A DNA stretch of 63,957 nt, filler included, from Actinomycetota bacterium (GCA_009886115.1; 5 parts of 5 records of this genome joined end to end with filler, not necessarily neighbours in it); one strand, 5' to 3'. Numbered from the whole stretch's first letter, positions 1-10,554 are shown. Numbers and translations: made by a program. Notes: a model not told the origin generated them from the sequence alone.

Positions 1-197
1 CGTGTCGACGTTCAAGTAATCCACCGCGTGGTGGGTGGTGTGTTCAAGTAATCCTCCGGCGGGCGTTCACGTATTCCCTCGCGGCGCGTTCACGTTATGG
101 AGCGGCGCCGGGGTGGTGACGAACGGCGGAGCATCCCTGGGTTCGGTTCCTTGTCCTCGTAGGACCTGGCTCGTCAACCGGCGAGCTGGGAGCGAAC

Positions 198-1823
198 ATG
201 GCAAGGAGAACGTTCGAGATGATCGACGTTGTAGAGATTTTGCAGCACTGGCATTCGGGCCGTGCGAAGGCGGAGGTCGCGGCGAGCGTCGGGGTGGACC
301 GGGGTACGGTCCGTAAGTACGTCGCCGCCGCGGAGGCGGCTGGCCTGGTGTCGGGCGGGCCGCCGTTGAGCCGGGCTGAGTGGTTGGCGTTGGCGCGGGG
401 CTGGTTCCCGGAGTTGATCGACGCAAAGGCACGGAGTCTCACGTTCGGGACGATCAACGCGCACCGCGACCGTATTGAGGCGATGCTCAAGACGAACAAG
501 CCGACGACGGTGTGGCAGCGGCTGCGCGATGAGCACGGCCTCACGGTGAGCGTGACGAGCTTCCGCCGGTACGTGTGGCTCGAGTTCCCCGACGAGGTGT
601 CGGCGGACGACGCGACGGTGTTGCGCCCCGACGTGGAGCCGGGCAGCGAAGCCCAGATCGACTACGGCTATCTCGCGTTGTGGCCGGACCCCGAGTCGGG
701 CCGCAGCCGGAAGTTGAACGTGTTCGTGATGGTGTTGACGATGTGCCGGCACATGTTCATCCGGCCGGTGTTCGCCATGGATCAGACGGCGTGGATCGAC
801 GCGCACGTCGCCGCGTTCGAGTTCTTCGGTGGGGTGCCGGCCCGGTTGGTGCCGGACAACTTGAAGACCGGGACGATCAAGCCGGACTTGTATGACCCGA
901 AGCTCAACCGTGGGTACGTCGAGTTGGCCGAGCACTACGGCTGTCTCGTCGACCCGGCGCGGGCGGTGAAACCGAAGGACAAGCCGAGGGTCGAGCGGCC
1001 GATGAGCTACATCCGGGAGAGCTTCTTCCGGGGCCGCGACTGGGAGAGTCTCGAGCAGATGCAGACCGCGGGGGTGACGTGGAGCGCCGAAGTCGCGGGG
1101 CAGCGCCGGCATCGCAGCCTCGATGGGGCGACGCCCGCCGCGGTGTTCGCCGCGGTCGAACAACCGGCGCTGCTGGGTCTGCCCCGGCAGCGGTTCGAGG
1201 CGGCCACGTGGTCGCGCCCGAAGGTGGGGACGGACTGCCACATCAACGTCGGTGGCGTCCTGTATTCGGTGCCGTGGCGCTACATCGGCCAGCACGTCGA
1301 GGCGCGCCGCAGCGCCCGGCTGATGGAGGCGTTCGTCGGCCCCGACCTGATCAAGACCCACGCCCGCATCGCGAAGGGCGTGCAGACCGACTGGGCCGAC
1401 TACCCGCCGGAGAAGGCGGCGTTCTTCATGCGGACCCCTGTGTGGTGTCGCACGCGCGCCGTCGAGCTCGGTCCCGACGTGACCGCCGTGATCGAGGACC
1501 TGATGGCCGTCAACGCGCTGCATCGCCTCCGGTCGTGTCAAGGCATCATCGGCCTCGCCGACAAGTACACCGCGGTGCGCCTCAATGCCGCGTGTCGTCG
1601 CGCGCTCGACGTCGGCGACCCGACCTATCGGACGGTCAAGGGCATCCTCGCCGCGGGGACCGAGACCCAGACCACCGACGACACCGACCCGCCCGTCGCA
1701 CCCGCGCATCTCCACGGTGCCCGCCGGCTCTTCGACCCCGACGACCTCGACGGGGACATCGGTGATGAGGTCCACGGTGACATCGGTGACGACCGCGACG
1801 GGGACATCGAGGTGGCGTCATGA
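198..1823 (+). CDS. istA: IS21 transposase IstA (DDE)
   Basis: N-terminal HTH; QIDYG, VPDNLK and KPRVERP motifs; C-terminal YSVP beta-barrel region. Confidence 0.95.
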   Translation: MARRTFEMIDVVEILQHWHSGRAKAEVAASVGVDRGTVRKYVAAAEAAGLVSGGPPLSRAEWLALARGWFPELIDAKARSLTFGTINAHRDRIEAMLKTNKPTTVWQRLRDEHGLTVSVTSFRRYVWLEFPDEVSADDATVLRPDVEPGSEAQIDYGYLALWPDPESGRSRKLNVFVMVLTMCRHMFIRPVFAMDQTAWIDAHVAAFEFFGGVPARLVPDNLKTGTIKPDLYDPKLNRGYVELAEHYGCLVDPARAVKPKDKPRVERPMSYIRESFFRGRDWESLEQMQTAGVTWSAEVAGQRRHRSLDGATPAAVFAAVEQPALLGLPRQRFEAATWSRPKVGTDCHINVGGVLYSVPWRYIGQHVEARRSARLMEAFVGPDLIKTHARIAKGVQTDWADYPPEKAAFFMRTPVWCRTRAVELGPDVTAVIEDLMAVNALHRLRSCQGIIGLADKYTAVRLNAACRRALDVGDPTYRTVKGILAAGTETQTTDDTDPPVAPAHLHGARRLFDPDDLDGDIGDEVHGDIGDDRDGDIEVAS

Positions 1824-2590
1824 CCCGACCCCATCAGCTCGAGACGACGCTGCGGACCCTGCGGCTGTCCGGGATGCTCGACACCCTCGACGCGCGCCTC
1901 GCGCAAGCCCAAGCCGGCGACCTCGGTCACCTCGAGTTCCTCCAGGTGCTCTGCGAAGACGAGATCGGCCGGCGCGACGCCACCGCCCTCACCCGACGGA
2001 TCCGCCAGGCCCGCTTCGAGCAACTCGCCACGCTCGAGGACTTCGACTTCACGTACAACCCGAAGATCCCCGCCGCCCACCTCCGCGATCTCGCAGCGGG
2101 CCGCTACATCACCGCGGGTCAAGCCGTCATCCTCCACGGCCCCGTCGGCGTGGGCAAGACGCACCTCGCGCAGGCGCTCGCCCATCACGCCTGCCGCCAC
2201 GGCCACACCGCCGTGTTCACCAAGACCAGTCGCCTCCTCGCCGATCTCGCCGGCGGGCACGCCGACCGCACCTGGGGCGCCCGGCTACGCCGCTGGGCCA
2301 AACCCGACGTGCTCGTGCTCGACGACTTCGCAATGCGGGACCTCACCACCGGCCAAGCCGACGACATCTACGAGCTCGTCACCGAACGTGCCGGCCAGTC
2401 GCTGATCCTCACGTCGAACCGCAAACCGCTCGACTGGTATCCACTGTTCCCGAACCCCGTCGTCGCCGAGTCGATCCTCGACCGGCTCATCAACTCCGCC
2501 CACACCATCCACCTCGACGGACGCAGCTACCGGCCCACCCGCCGACCCCAACCACCCGCCCAACCCGCACCAGGAGCCGCCACCGAGTAG
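1820..2590 (+). CDS. istB: IS21 helper AAA+ ATPase IstB
   Basis: Walker A GPVGVGKT, Walker B VLVLDDF, TSN and ILDRL motifs; ATGA overlap with istA. Confidence 0.95.
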   Translation: MTRPHQLETTLRTLRLSGMLDTLDARLAQAQAGDLGHLEFLQVLCEDEIGRRDATALTRRIRQARFEQLATLEDFDFTYNPKIPAAHLRDLAAGRYITAGQAVILHGPVGVGKTHLAQALAHHACRHGHTAVFTKTSRLLADLAGGHADRTWGARLRRWAKPDVLVLDDFAMRDLTTGQADDIYELVTERAGQSLILTSNRKPLDWYPLFPNPVVAESILDRLINSAHTIHLDGRSYRPTRRPQPPAQPAPGAATE

Positions 2591-2722
2591 AACTCACCCG
2601 GAACCAACCGAGGGATAACCCGAACGCACCCCCGGTGGATTACGCGAACGTCGACAATCCGATACCTGCTGGACACGGACTGACAATTCCGTCACCCCGA
2701 ATCTCTGCCTGGAGGCTTAGTC

Positions 2723-4489
2723 GTGCCCATGCTCGTGCGGCCTCTGCGTCGGATGATCCAGCAGAACACGCTGAAGTTGCTGTGCATGTCGCTGTGCGGT
2801 GCCATGGTGGTGATAGGGGGCGTCGGTGTGTTCGGGTTGGTGAGGGCCGAGGACGATGTCGACGATCTGACCAACCGTCTCATTCCCGCGCATGACCAGC
2901 TGCTCGAGGTTGACCGCAGCCTCTTGGAGGCCCAGCTCTCACTCGAGCGGGCGATGAAGGAATCCGACCCGGGCCAGCGTTACCTCGACCTCGAAATTTC
3001 AGCCCACTCCATCGTGAAAGGAGGGGCGGCATGGAACACCTACCGCTCCCTCATCGTCGGAGGTGAACAGGTCGTCGAGCTCGAGACGGGGTTCGAGACC
3101 ATCCGGGCAGCCTGGCTCGTGGTGGTCACTACTCTCCAGTCGAGAGCCGCTCTCACCGGGGCGTACACCGACCACGCGACGGCTTCGCGCATAGTGACGA
3201 GCCGTGCCCGCTTCGAGATCGTGCGCTATTTCGCCCGGCGCATCGACCAAGCCGTCTACGGCCCCGAGATTACCGATCGGGGCGCGCTGATCGGATCCGA
3301 GGCGCACACAACGCGGAACGTGCTGATCCTCGTCTCGACGAGCGCGTTCGTCTTCGGCTCCATCGTGAGTCGTTCCCGAGTACGTGCGTCCCAGATCCAG
3401 CAGCGGGCGATCGAGGATCGGGATCGACTGCGGGAGGCCCAATCGCATCGCAACGAGTTCGAGGCTCGACTGCATCGAGCGCTCGAGATGTCCAAGACCG
3501 AAGACGCGGCGTTGACCACCATCACGATGGCGCTCAATCAGGCCGCGCCCGGAGCACCGCTCCAGCTGCTCATCGCCGATTCGAGTCGGGCGCACCTCCG
3601 CCAAGCCCTCACCACCGACATGGACAACCCCGAAAGAGGCTGCCGGGTGCTCACCCCGTCGGAATGCCCGGCCGTCAACCGGGGCCAGACGTTGGTGTTC
3701 GAGACGAGCGCTTCCTTCGACGCCTGTCCGTTCCTGCGGGACCGAGGTGACGCCCGATCGGCGGTGTGCATTCCCGTGAGCATCATGGGTGTGGCATCCG
3801 GCGTGCTGCACACGACGGGACCAGATGGTCATCGCGCCGACGCGGATCAGGTCTTGGCGCTCGAACAGATCGCCGCCAAGGCCGGGGAGCGGGTCGGGCT
3901 TTTGCGGGTTTTCAACCGCTCCGAGTTGCAGGCCGCGACCGACCCACTGACGGGGCTGGCCAACCGGCGCAGCCTGGAACAGCAGGTACAGGACCTGACG
4001 AGGGCCGGCACTCGTTACTCCGTGGCCTACGGTGACCTCGATCGTTTCAAGCTGCTCAACGACGATCACGGCCATGAGACCGGCGATCGCGCACTGCGCC
4101 TCTTCGCTCGGGTGCTCCAGGAGTCGGTTCGTGATGTCGATATCGTGGCGCGCTGGGGGGGCGAGGAGTTCATCGTGATCCTGCCATCGACCTCGGCCAC
4201 GAATGGGGCCAAGATCCTCGAACGCGTGCAGGAGGAGCTCGTACTCGCGCTCAGCTCAGGGACCGCACCGCAGTTCACCGTGAGCTTCGGTGTCTGTGGA
4301 TTCGACGACGCGACCACCCTCGACGAGCGGATCGAGGTGGCCGATTCCGCGTTGCATGCCGCCAAACTCGCAGGCCGGAACCGGGTCGTGGTCGCCGGGG
4401 TCGAACCGTCCGAGGGCCCGGAGGCCGGAACCCTCGAGCAGCTCGTCGGCACCTTCACCTCGTCCGCCACCGCCACGGAGGAGTCGTGA
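2723..4489 (+). CDS. Membrane-bound diguanylate cyclase (2 TM sensor, GAF-like, GGDEF)
   Basis: TDPLTGLANRR, DLDRFK, RDVD I-site, ARWGGEEF; two hydrophobic segments. Start could be 2729. Confidence 0.9.
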   Translation: MPMLVRPLRRMIQQNTLKLLCMSLCGAMVVIGGVGVFGLVRAEDDVDDLTNRLIPAHDQLLEVDRSLLEAQLSLERAMKESDPGQRYLDLEISAHSIVKGGAAWNTYRSLIVGGEQVVELETGFETIRAAWLVVVTTLQSRAALTGAYTDHATASRIVTSRARFEIVRYFARRIDQAVYGPEITDRGALIGSEAHTTRNVLILVSTSAFVFGSIVSRSRVRASQIQQRAIEDRDRLREAQSHRNEFEARLHRALEMSKTEDAALTTITMALNQAAPGAPLQLLIADSSRAHLRQALTTDMDNPERGCRVLTPSECPAVNRGQTLVFETSASFDACPFLRDRGDARSAVCIPVSIMGVASGVLHTTGPDGHRADADQVLALEQIAAKAGERVGLLRVFNRSELQAATDPLTGLANRRSLEQQVQDLTRAGTRYSVAYGDLDRFKLLNDDHGHETGDRALRLFARVLQESVRDVDIVARWGGEEFIVILPSTSATNGAKILERVQEELVLALSSGTAPQFTVSFGVCGFDDATTLDERIEVADSALHAAKLAGRNRVVVAGVEPSEGPEAGTLEQLVGTFTSSATATEES

Positions 4490-4959
4490 TCGTGAACCGG
4501 CGAGCTCCGTCATCGGCCGGAAAGGCCGTCCTGGTCGCCTTGGTGCTCGCACTGCTGCCAGCAGTCGCAGCCTGCGACAGCGGCGCGGAGACTGCCGACG
4601 CATCGGCGTCGGACTTCGAGCACACGCTCGTGCCGGACCGGCTGCTCAACGTCAACGCCATCGAGTTCGCGTACAACGCTACGCAATGGTCGGTCCCCGC
4701 CGGCCTGGAGTTCACCGTCACGTTCAACAACCTCGGAACCATCCCTCACGAATGGGCGGTCCTCAAACAGGGCGTCCAGCTCGACGCCGGGTCCGGCTTC
4801 AAGGAGGAGATGGTGCTCTTCGAAATCGAGGCACTCACAGAAGGGCAATCGATCGTGCAACGCTTCGAGATCAAAGACCCCGGTATCTACCAGGTCATCT
4901 GCCCTCTCCCCGGACATCTCGATGCGGGCATGACCAGCACGCTGACCGTGGCCGAGTGA
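4486..4959 (+). CDS. Cupredoxin (blue copper) lipoprotein
   Basis: Signal peptide with lipobox-like VAAC; type-1 Cu ligands PH...CPLPGH...M; GTGA overlap with the DGC. Confidence 0.85.
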   Translation: MIVNRRAPSSAGKAVLVALVLALLPAVAACDSGAETADASASDFEHTLVPDRLLNVNAIEFAYNATQWSVPAGLEFTVTFNNLGTIPHEWAVLKQGVQLDAGSGFKEEMVLFEIEALTEGQSIVQRFEIKDPGIYQVICPLPGHLDAGMTSTLTVAE

Positions 4960-5114
4960 ACCTGCTCCGTGTCCCACATCCACAACGATCCGCCGAAGCC
5001 CGGAGCCGGCTCAGGGCGACGACTTCCCTGTCCTGGTCGAGATCCGCGGGACCTGACGATCGGAGTGGAACGGCGCGATCCCCCCAACGGTCTGCGTGGG
5101 GACCGGTATCCGCG

Positions 5115-5200
5115 TGCCTTCGCTGACATTTGGGAAGTGGCGGCGACCAGGTCGAGCAGCTCAGCAGTGGTGAACGGCTTCTCGAGCAGGGGCCCCGTCG
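5115..5200 (-). pseudogene. Possible C-terminal remnant of a receiver (REC) domain
   Basis: LLEKPFTTAELLDLV matches the REC KPF/alpha5 pattern; no upstream REC sequence recognisable. Confidence 0.35.
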
Positions 5201-5262
5201 AGATGCTCCCGGTCGCCGAAGAGGACGACTGCCGCGCTACCACTCGGTCATCCGCGCCGGTG

Positions 5263-5685
5263 TCAGCTCGTGAACGCGACCGCGATTCCGAGCGACCGCG
5301 CCGCGGCGGCGAGGTCGGCATCTCCGGTCGCAACCACGAAATCGGTGTGCGCCGCAGCCGCCGCCGCTGCCAGGTGAACGGCGTCGTAGCCGCGCAGTCC
5401 ATGCGCATGCGCCAACTCGCCAGCAGCTTGGGCCAGCCTCGCAGTGATCTCGATGTGGTCGATCTCGGTGATGATCGCGTCGAGCTCGTCGATGGCTGCG
5501 GTGAGCTGCGGGCCGGTGATGCGTCCCATGCGCCGGGCCTTGGCCAGCGTGGCTCGGGCCTCGGGATAGAGCAGACGGACGCTGGCGCTTCGGTCGGCGT
5601 CATTCCACACCCGCGTGAAGATCCCTGACGAGGGCTCGTCGATGATCAGGGGAATGACGGCCGAGGTATCAAAGTAGGCAATCAC
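5263..5685 (-). CDS. vapC: VapC PIN-domain toxin
   Basis: AYFDTSA, YPEARA, LRGYDAVHLA and ATGD PIN acidic motifs; GTG start overlaps the antitoxin stop. Confidence 0.9.
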   Translation of the reverse strand: MIAYFDTSAVIPLIIDEPSSGIFTRVWNDADRSASVRLLYPEARATLAKARRMGRITGPQLTAAIDELDAIITEIDHIEITARLAQAAGELAHAHGLRGYDAVHLAAAAAAAHTDFVVATGDADLAAAARSLGIAVAFTS

Positions 5686-5939
5686 TGCCGTTGGTCGGCC
5701 ACGAGATCGCTGACGATGCCCGTGGCCGTGATGCGTCGAGCCGTTCGTGGACGCTTGGTCGAGAGCGCTGGAGTGACGAGACCCTCGGCGATGAGGCGAT
5801 CGAGGGTGCGACGTTGGTCGAGCGGAACGAGCCGGGCCACGGCCTTGCCGTGGTCTGTGACAATGACTTCTCGTCCATCGCGAACCGCCTTGAGGTAACG
5901 GCTGAGATGATCTCGCAGCTCTCGGACTCCAGCTTCCAT
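5682..5939 (-). CDS. vapB: Phd/YefM-family antitoxin
   Basis: MEAGVRELRDHLSRYL...VIVTDHGKAVARLVP; 85 aa, directly upstream of vapC. Confidence 0.9.
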   Translation of the reverse strand: MEAGVRELRDHLSRYLKAVRDGREVIVTDHGKAVARLVPLDQRRTLDRLIAEGLVTPALSTKRPRTARRITATGIVSDLVADQRQ

Positions 5940-6115
5940 CCAACGATTATGGCGCTTTCTGATCCAGAAGTCTAGCCACTTTTCAGCCGAAGGTGACGAG
6001 GAGCTGGGGCGGGTTGGTGTGGTCGCGGGCCGTGACTCAGCTCTGGTAGCGATGAGCGACCAACCTCCACCCCGACCCCGACCGGGACGACCGGTGATCA
6101 GGGTTCGTCTGACGC

Positions 6116-9082
6116 TCAGTGGGCCGTGGTCACGTCGATCGGTACGACGGTCCAGGGCAGCTCGCCGTGCACCATGGCGGTAGCTTTGTCGGCGGAGACC
6201 GGTCGAGAGAAGAAATAACCCTGGGCGAGGTCGCAGCCCAGGTCGAGCAGCACGCTGATCTGCGGGATGTTCTCGACCCCCTCGGCGACCACCTTGTAGC
6301 CGAGCGTGCGGGCGAGCGCCACCGACGCCGCGACGATCGCTGTGCTTCGACGCGTCGTGGTGACCTCGGCCACGAAGCTCCGGTCGATCTTGAGCGCGTC
6401 GAAAGCGAAGCGCTGGAGGTACGACAGCGACGAGTACCCCGTCCCGAAGTCGTCGATGCTCACGCTCAGTCCCCTCGCCCGCAACGACGCCAAGACCTCC
6501 TGCGCCCGATCCGGGTCTCCGAGCAACGACGTCTCGGTGACCTCGAGGGTGATGCTCGACGGAGCCACGCCGTGACGCTCGAGGCAGCCGAGCACCGACT
6601 CGACGTAACCCGGGCTCGTGAGGTGCCGACCCGAGACGTTCACCGAGATGGCGACAGGTGAAGTTGCCTCGTCGTTCCAGGTGGCCACCTGCCGGCAGGC
6701 CCGATCGAACACCCAATCGTCGATCCGGTCGACGAGAGCCGATTCCTCGGCAATGAGAAGGAAATGGTCCGGGCTCAACAGGCCTCGATCGGGATGCTGC
6801 CAGCGCACCAACGCTTCGAAGCCGACGAGCGACGCGTCGGCGAGGCGGACCACGGGTTGGTAGAAGACGCGCAGCTCGTCCTCGGTGATGGCGCGGCGCA
6901 GCTCGAGCTCGGTGCGGTGGCGGTACTCCACCTCGGAGCGCATGGCTTCGTCGAAATAGCGGGCCACGCCTCGGCCGGCGTCCTTGGCTCGATACATCGC
7001 GACGTCGGCATCGGCGATCAATGTCTCGGCATCGTGGTGAGCGCCGGCTGCAGCGATTCCGATGCTGGCCGAGACGAACACGGTGACGCCGTCCAGGTGG
7101 AACCCCTTCTCGAAGACCGACAGGATGCGCCGGGCCACACGGGTCACGTCCTCGAGGTCGGGCACGTCGTCACAGATGACCGCGAACTCGTCGCCACCAA
7201 GCCGGGCCACCGTGTCAGAAGTCCGGACCTCGGCCTGGAGCCGCCGGGCGGCGTCCACGAGGAGCACGTCGCCCGCGGCGTGGCCCAGGTTGTCGTTGAC
7301 CTCCTTGAACCGGTCGAGGTCGAGGTACAGCACGGCAAGGCCGCGCCCAGAACGCCGGCAGCGGGCCAGCGCCGCGGTGAGCCGGTCGAGCACGTTCTGC
7401 CGGTTGGGGAGCCCCGTGAGCGGATCGAACATCGCCTGACGGGCCAGCAGGGCAAGGGCTCCACGCAGCTCGGTGATGTCTCGCGCGATCACCGAGACGT
7501 ACTCGACCGCACCCGCCGGGGACCGATGCGCGAGCATCGCCACCGACGACGGCGATCGCGTCCCATCGTGCGACACCAGGTCGAACTCGCCCCGCCAATG
7601 ACCGGTTCCCAGCGTGGTGGTCATGGCCTGATCGTTGAACATGCCGTGGTGATCCGGGTGCACCAGGACGGTGTAGTGACGAGCCTCACAACCCGCATCG
7701 CCGCCCGAGAGGGCACGGCGACCGACCTCGTTCAGGTGCAACAGCGTTCCGGACGGGTTGCACAACGCGATCACGTCGGTGGCCGCCTCGACCACACGGG
7801 TGAGCCGAGCGGTGTCGGCTTCGCGGGACCGCAACTCGGCCTGGCTTCGTTGGAGCTCGTCCACGGAGACGGTGGTGCGTTGCAGGAGGTCGGTGGTGGC
7901 ATCGAGGTCACGGGCCAGATCGCCGAGCTCATCCCGGCGGGTGCTGGCGATGCGATGGTCGAGCTGACCCGAGCGCACGGCCTCCAGTGCCACCGCGAGG
8001 TCACGCACGGGTCGGCGCACCATGCGAGCCACCCCCCAACCGACGACAACCGCGGCCAGTGCGATCGCCAGGGCGCCGACCAGGAACAGCTTGCGGACAG
8101 TGTCGGTGTTGGTCGCGGCACGCTCGGAGGCCTCGGCCAGCCCAGCATCGGCGATGACCTGGATCTGGTCGTCGAGCAGTTCGTCGAGCCCCTCGCGGAG
8201 CTCGACGAACTCGGTCACGCCGTCGGTGAGCCCCGACTGGACGTCGAGGAGCGCCAGGGCGCCGACCACCACGCTCGCCACGGCGTCCTCGACCTCCGGG
8301 GCCCCCACCGACTCGACCAGCACCGGCAGCTCATCAACCAGGGCCAGCGCTGCCGACTTTTCGACCGTGCTGTCGCGCTCGATGCGGCCGATCGTCGCCA
8401 TGACCTCGGAGACCAACGACTCGGTCTGGTCCTCGAGCGCATCGAGACCGGCCGCGTCGAGGGCGCGATCGAGCTCGCCCTCGGATGCGACGAGCGCGGC
8501 CTCGTGGACCTCGCGCCGGTCACGCCGGTCGACCAGCTGCTCGCCCAGCGCGTCGTAGGCCGTGAACTGGGCCAGGATCCGGGCCGAGAAGTCACGTTCC
8601 ACGGCCGACGACGCCAGCGACTGGTAGCGCTCGTGGAAGCGCATGAAGTCGGCGCGGTCGTCGGCCATCCGGGCCCGTCCGACCGGGTCAGCCGCCTGGA
8701 GGTACCTGAGCACGCCGAGTCCGTAGCCGACGACGTTGATCTCCATCTCGTAGGCGGCCGCAGCCTTGGGCTGATCGACTTCGACGACGCGCTCGACGTA
8801 GCGGTGCGCGCTTCGGGCGGCCAGCGCCAGGACCAGCCCGCCCACGGCGGTAAGGACCGCCAGGACGGCCATCCCGGCGCTGATCTTCACCCACAGCCGT
8901 GTGAGCCGGCGCGAGGTCCGCAGCATGCTGCGCGCGGCTGGCCCGTCCGGTACGCCCGGGCGAGCGCCCGTGTCGGCCCCGGCCGTCGACCCCACCCCAT
9001 CGGGGGGGTCTCCGCGCCGCTGGGAGCCTGGCGGTGGTCGTGTGGCATCTGTCGATCCACCCATATGCCGCGCCAATCCCAT
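6116..9082 (-). CDS. Membrane HAMP-PAS-GGDEF-EAL diguanylate cyclase/phosphodiesterase
   Basis: RTSD..RLGGDEF, FEALVRW, IDDFGTGYSSL, AEGVE and QGY all intact; 2 TM, HAMP, PAS. True start may be downstream. Confidence 0.92.
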   Translation of the reverse strand: MGLARHMGGSTDATRPPPGSQRRGDPPDGVGSTAGADTGARPGVPDGPAARSMLRTSRRLTRLWVKISAGMAVLAVLTAVGGLVLALAARSAHRYVERVVEVDQPKAAAAYEMEINVVGYGLGVLRYLQAADPVGRARMADDRADFMRFHERYQSLASSAVERDFSARILAQFTAYDALGEQLVDRRDRREVHEAALVASEGELDRALDAAGLDALEDQTESLVSEVMATIGRIERDSTVEKSAALALVDELPVLVESVGAPEVEDAVASVVVGALALLDVQSGLTDGVTEFVELREGLDELLDDQIQVIADAGLAEASERAATNTDTVRKLFLVGALAIALAAVVVGWGVARMVRRPVRDLAVALEAVRSGQLDHRIASTRRDELGDLARDLDATTDLLQRTTVSVDELQRSQAELRSREADTARLTRVVEAATDVIALCNPSGTLLHLNEVGRRALSGGDAGCEARHYTVLVHPDHHGMFNDQAMTTTLGTGHWRGEFDLVSHDGTRSPSSVAMLAHRSPAGAVEYVSVIARDITELRGALALLARQAMFDPLTGLPNRQNVLDRLTAALARCRRSGRGLAVLYLDLDRFKEVNDNLGHAAGDVLLVDAARRLQAEVRTSDTVARLGGDEFAVICDDVPDLEDVTRVARRILSVFEKGFHLDGVTVFVSASIGIAAAGAHHDAETLIADADVAMYRAKDAGRGVARYFDEAMRSEVEYRHRTELELRRAITEDELRVFYQPVVRLADASLVGFEALVRWQHPDRGLLSPDHFLLIAEESALVDRIDDWVFDRACRQVATWNDEATSPVAISVNVSGRHLTSPGYVESVLGCLERHGVAPSSITLEVTETSLLGDPDRAQEVLASLRARGLSVSIDDFGTGYSSLSYLQRFAFDALKIDRSFVAEVTTTRRSTAIVAASVALARTLGYKVVAEGVENIPQISVLLDLGCDLAQGYFFSRPVSADKATAMVHGELPWTVVPIDVTTAH

Positions 9083-9313
9083 CGTCGGGTCACCGGTTCA
9101 TCGGCACCACGGAGGGTTCGCTTGAGCCTTTCCATGGTTTTCGTCCGATTGGCAGGATCGTCCTCGCGGCACATCCAGGCGGCACATCAAGCACGCACCT
9201 GCGACCGGATCCGGGCACCATCGTGTCGGGCCGAGCGGCGAGGTGCCCGCTCCCGCACACTGACGGCGATCTGCGGCACCCCCTCGATCGTCCTATGGGG
9301 CGCGCTGACGAAC

Positions 9314-9481
9314 GGTTCGTCGGCGTATCTCGTCCGCTACCCGACGGCCGACGGCAAGCAGCATTCCAAGCAGTTCGACCGTCGACGCGACGCCGAGCAG
9401 TTCGCCAGCACCGTCGAGGTCGAACGAGGGCTCGGAACGCTCGTCGACCCTCGGCTGGGCCGCACCACCGCCGACGAATGA
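9314..9481 (+). pseudogene. N-terminal arm-binding fragment of a tyrosine (phage-type) integrase
   Basis: YLVRYPTADGKQHSKQFDRRRDAEQFA...GTLVDPRLGRTT resembles actinobacterial integrase N-termini; stops at 9481 with no catalytic domain. Confidence 0.6.
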
Positions 9482-9893
9482 GCGCGAGGAGCGCCTCGTC
9501 CACCGTCGACAGATCACCGTCGACCTGCACGGGCCTACCAGTGCGTTGACGATCACCGGGTCGAGCATCGAGCCGCCTTGCGCCACCATGCGGATGGCGT
9601 CGGCGAGCTGGTCGCCTTCTGCGATGCGGTCCTTGAGCAGGTACGCGTAGCCCGACGCGCCTTCTGAGAGCAGGGCGACGGCGTAGTCGGGATCGTCGTA
9701 CTGCGAGAGCACCACGACGCCCGTCCCCGGATGGCGCATGCGGATGAGCTGCGCGGCGTCGATCCCCTCGCGCTGGAAGGCCGGGGGCATGCGGATGTCG
9801 GTCACGATCACCCTGGGGCGCGGCTGCTTCGGCGCCGGCGACGAGCGAGTCGTAGTCGTCGGCGAGGAACACGGTGATCGCGGCCGTCTCCAT
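9479..9893 (-). pseudogene. NarL-type response regulator remnant
   Basis: VFLADD, IVTDIRMPP, VVVLSQY and YLLKDRI motifs; internal deletion after ADD, frameshifts near 9812 and 9540, output domain absent. Confidence 0.8.
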
Positions 9894-10026
9894 GGCGGCC
9901 ATTGGACCGCTTCGGGCGCGCCGTGAACAGGGGGCAGGCCTCCACGACAGTGGTGGTGTCAGCCGCACCTCACGGTGACGGGCCTGCGCCCTGTTCGGCG
10001 ATCTGGCCGATGCGTACGTTCGGTGC

Positions 10027-10500
10027 ATGCTCTACGAATCCTCGGTCACATCCCTGTCCTGGATCGCTTCCGAAGCCATCAGCGGCCTGCCCGAGCTGCC
10101 ATTCCAGACGGGCACGTTCCACAACGACAGCGTTCCGCCCGACGAGCTCGTCGATCGCGCCTCCGGCGGGGGAATCGGCGGGGGAATCGGCGCGACGATC
10201 GAGGAGCTGCGCCTCGCCGACCGGTTCTGCTTCGTCGTCGGAGCTGATGAGCGGCGGCCGCACACCGAGCATCCGCAAGCTCAAGGCTGGAGCGACACTC
10301 GTGCGTCAGGGCGATTCCGGAGCGACGCTGTTCGTCCCACTCGACGGCATACTCCGCGTCGAGGTCGACGGCGTGCGCGTCGCCGAGCTGGGCCCCGGGG
10401 CAGTGCTCGGTGAGCGCGCCGTGATCGAGGGTGGGCGCCGCACGGCCACCCTGGTGGCGGTGACCGCGTGCCGGTTGGCCGAGATCGCCGGGCTCGACAT
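10027..10500 (+). pseudogene. Cyclic-nucleotide-binding protein remnant
   Basis: N-terminal block in one frame; CNB block LVRQGDSG...ELGPGAVLGERAVIEGGRRTATLVA in another; middle apparently deleted. Confidence 0.7.
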
Positions 10501-10554
10501 CGCCTCCGATCAGGACGCCGGTCCCCACAACACCGGTCCGCTGCGCGCCGAGCC

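Larger units (their letters stand above)
3..2656 (+). mobile_element. IS21-family insertion sequence, complete
   Basis: TG...CA ends. Left end TGTCGACGTTCAAGTAATCCACCG (3-26) matches the reverse complement of the right end TGTCGACGTTCGCGTAATCCACCG (2633-2656). Subterminal GTTC-repeats at both ends; encloses istA-istB. Confidence 0.95.

Noticed and set aside
1..2661. IS21 target-site duplication ATCCG
   Set aside because: The right flank ATCCG ends in CG, matching the only two left-flank bases available; too little sequence to support.
6764..9481. 905-aa plus-strand ORF and similar long antisense ORFs (174-1775, 13062-15593, 51426-53525, 56198-58150)
   Set aside because: Shadow frames of real high-GC genes. 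Only the last 55 or so codons of 6764-9481 look like a genuine (integrase) remnant.
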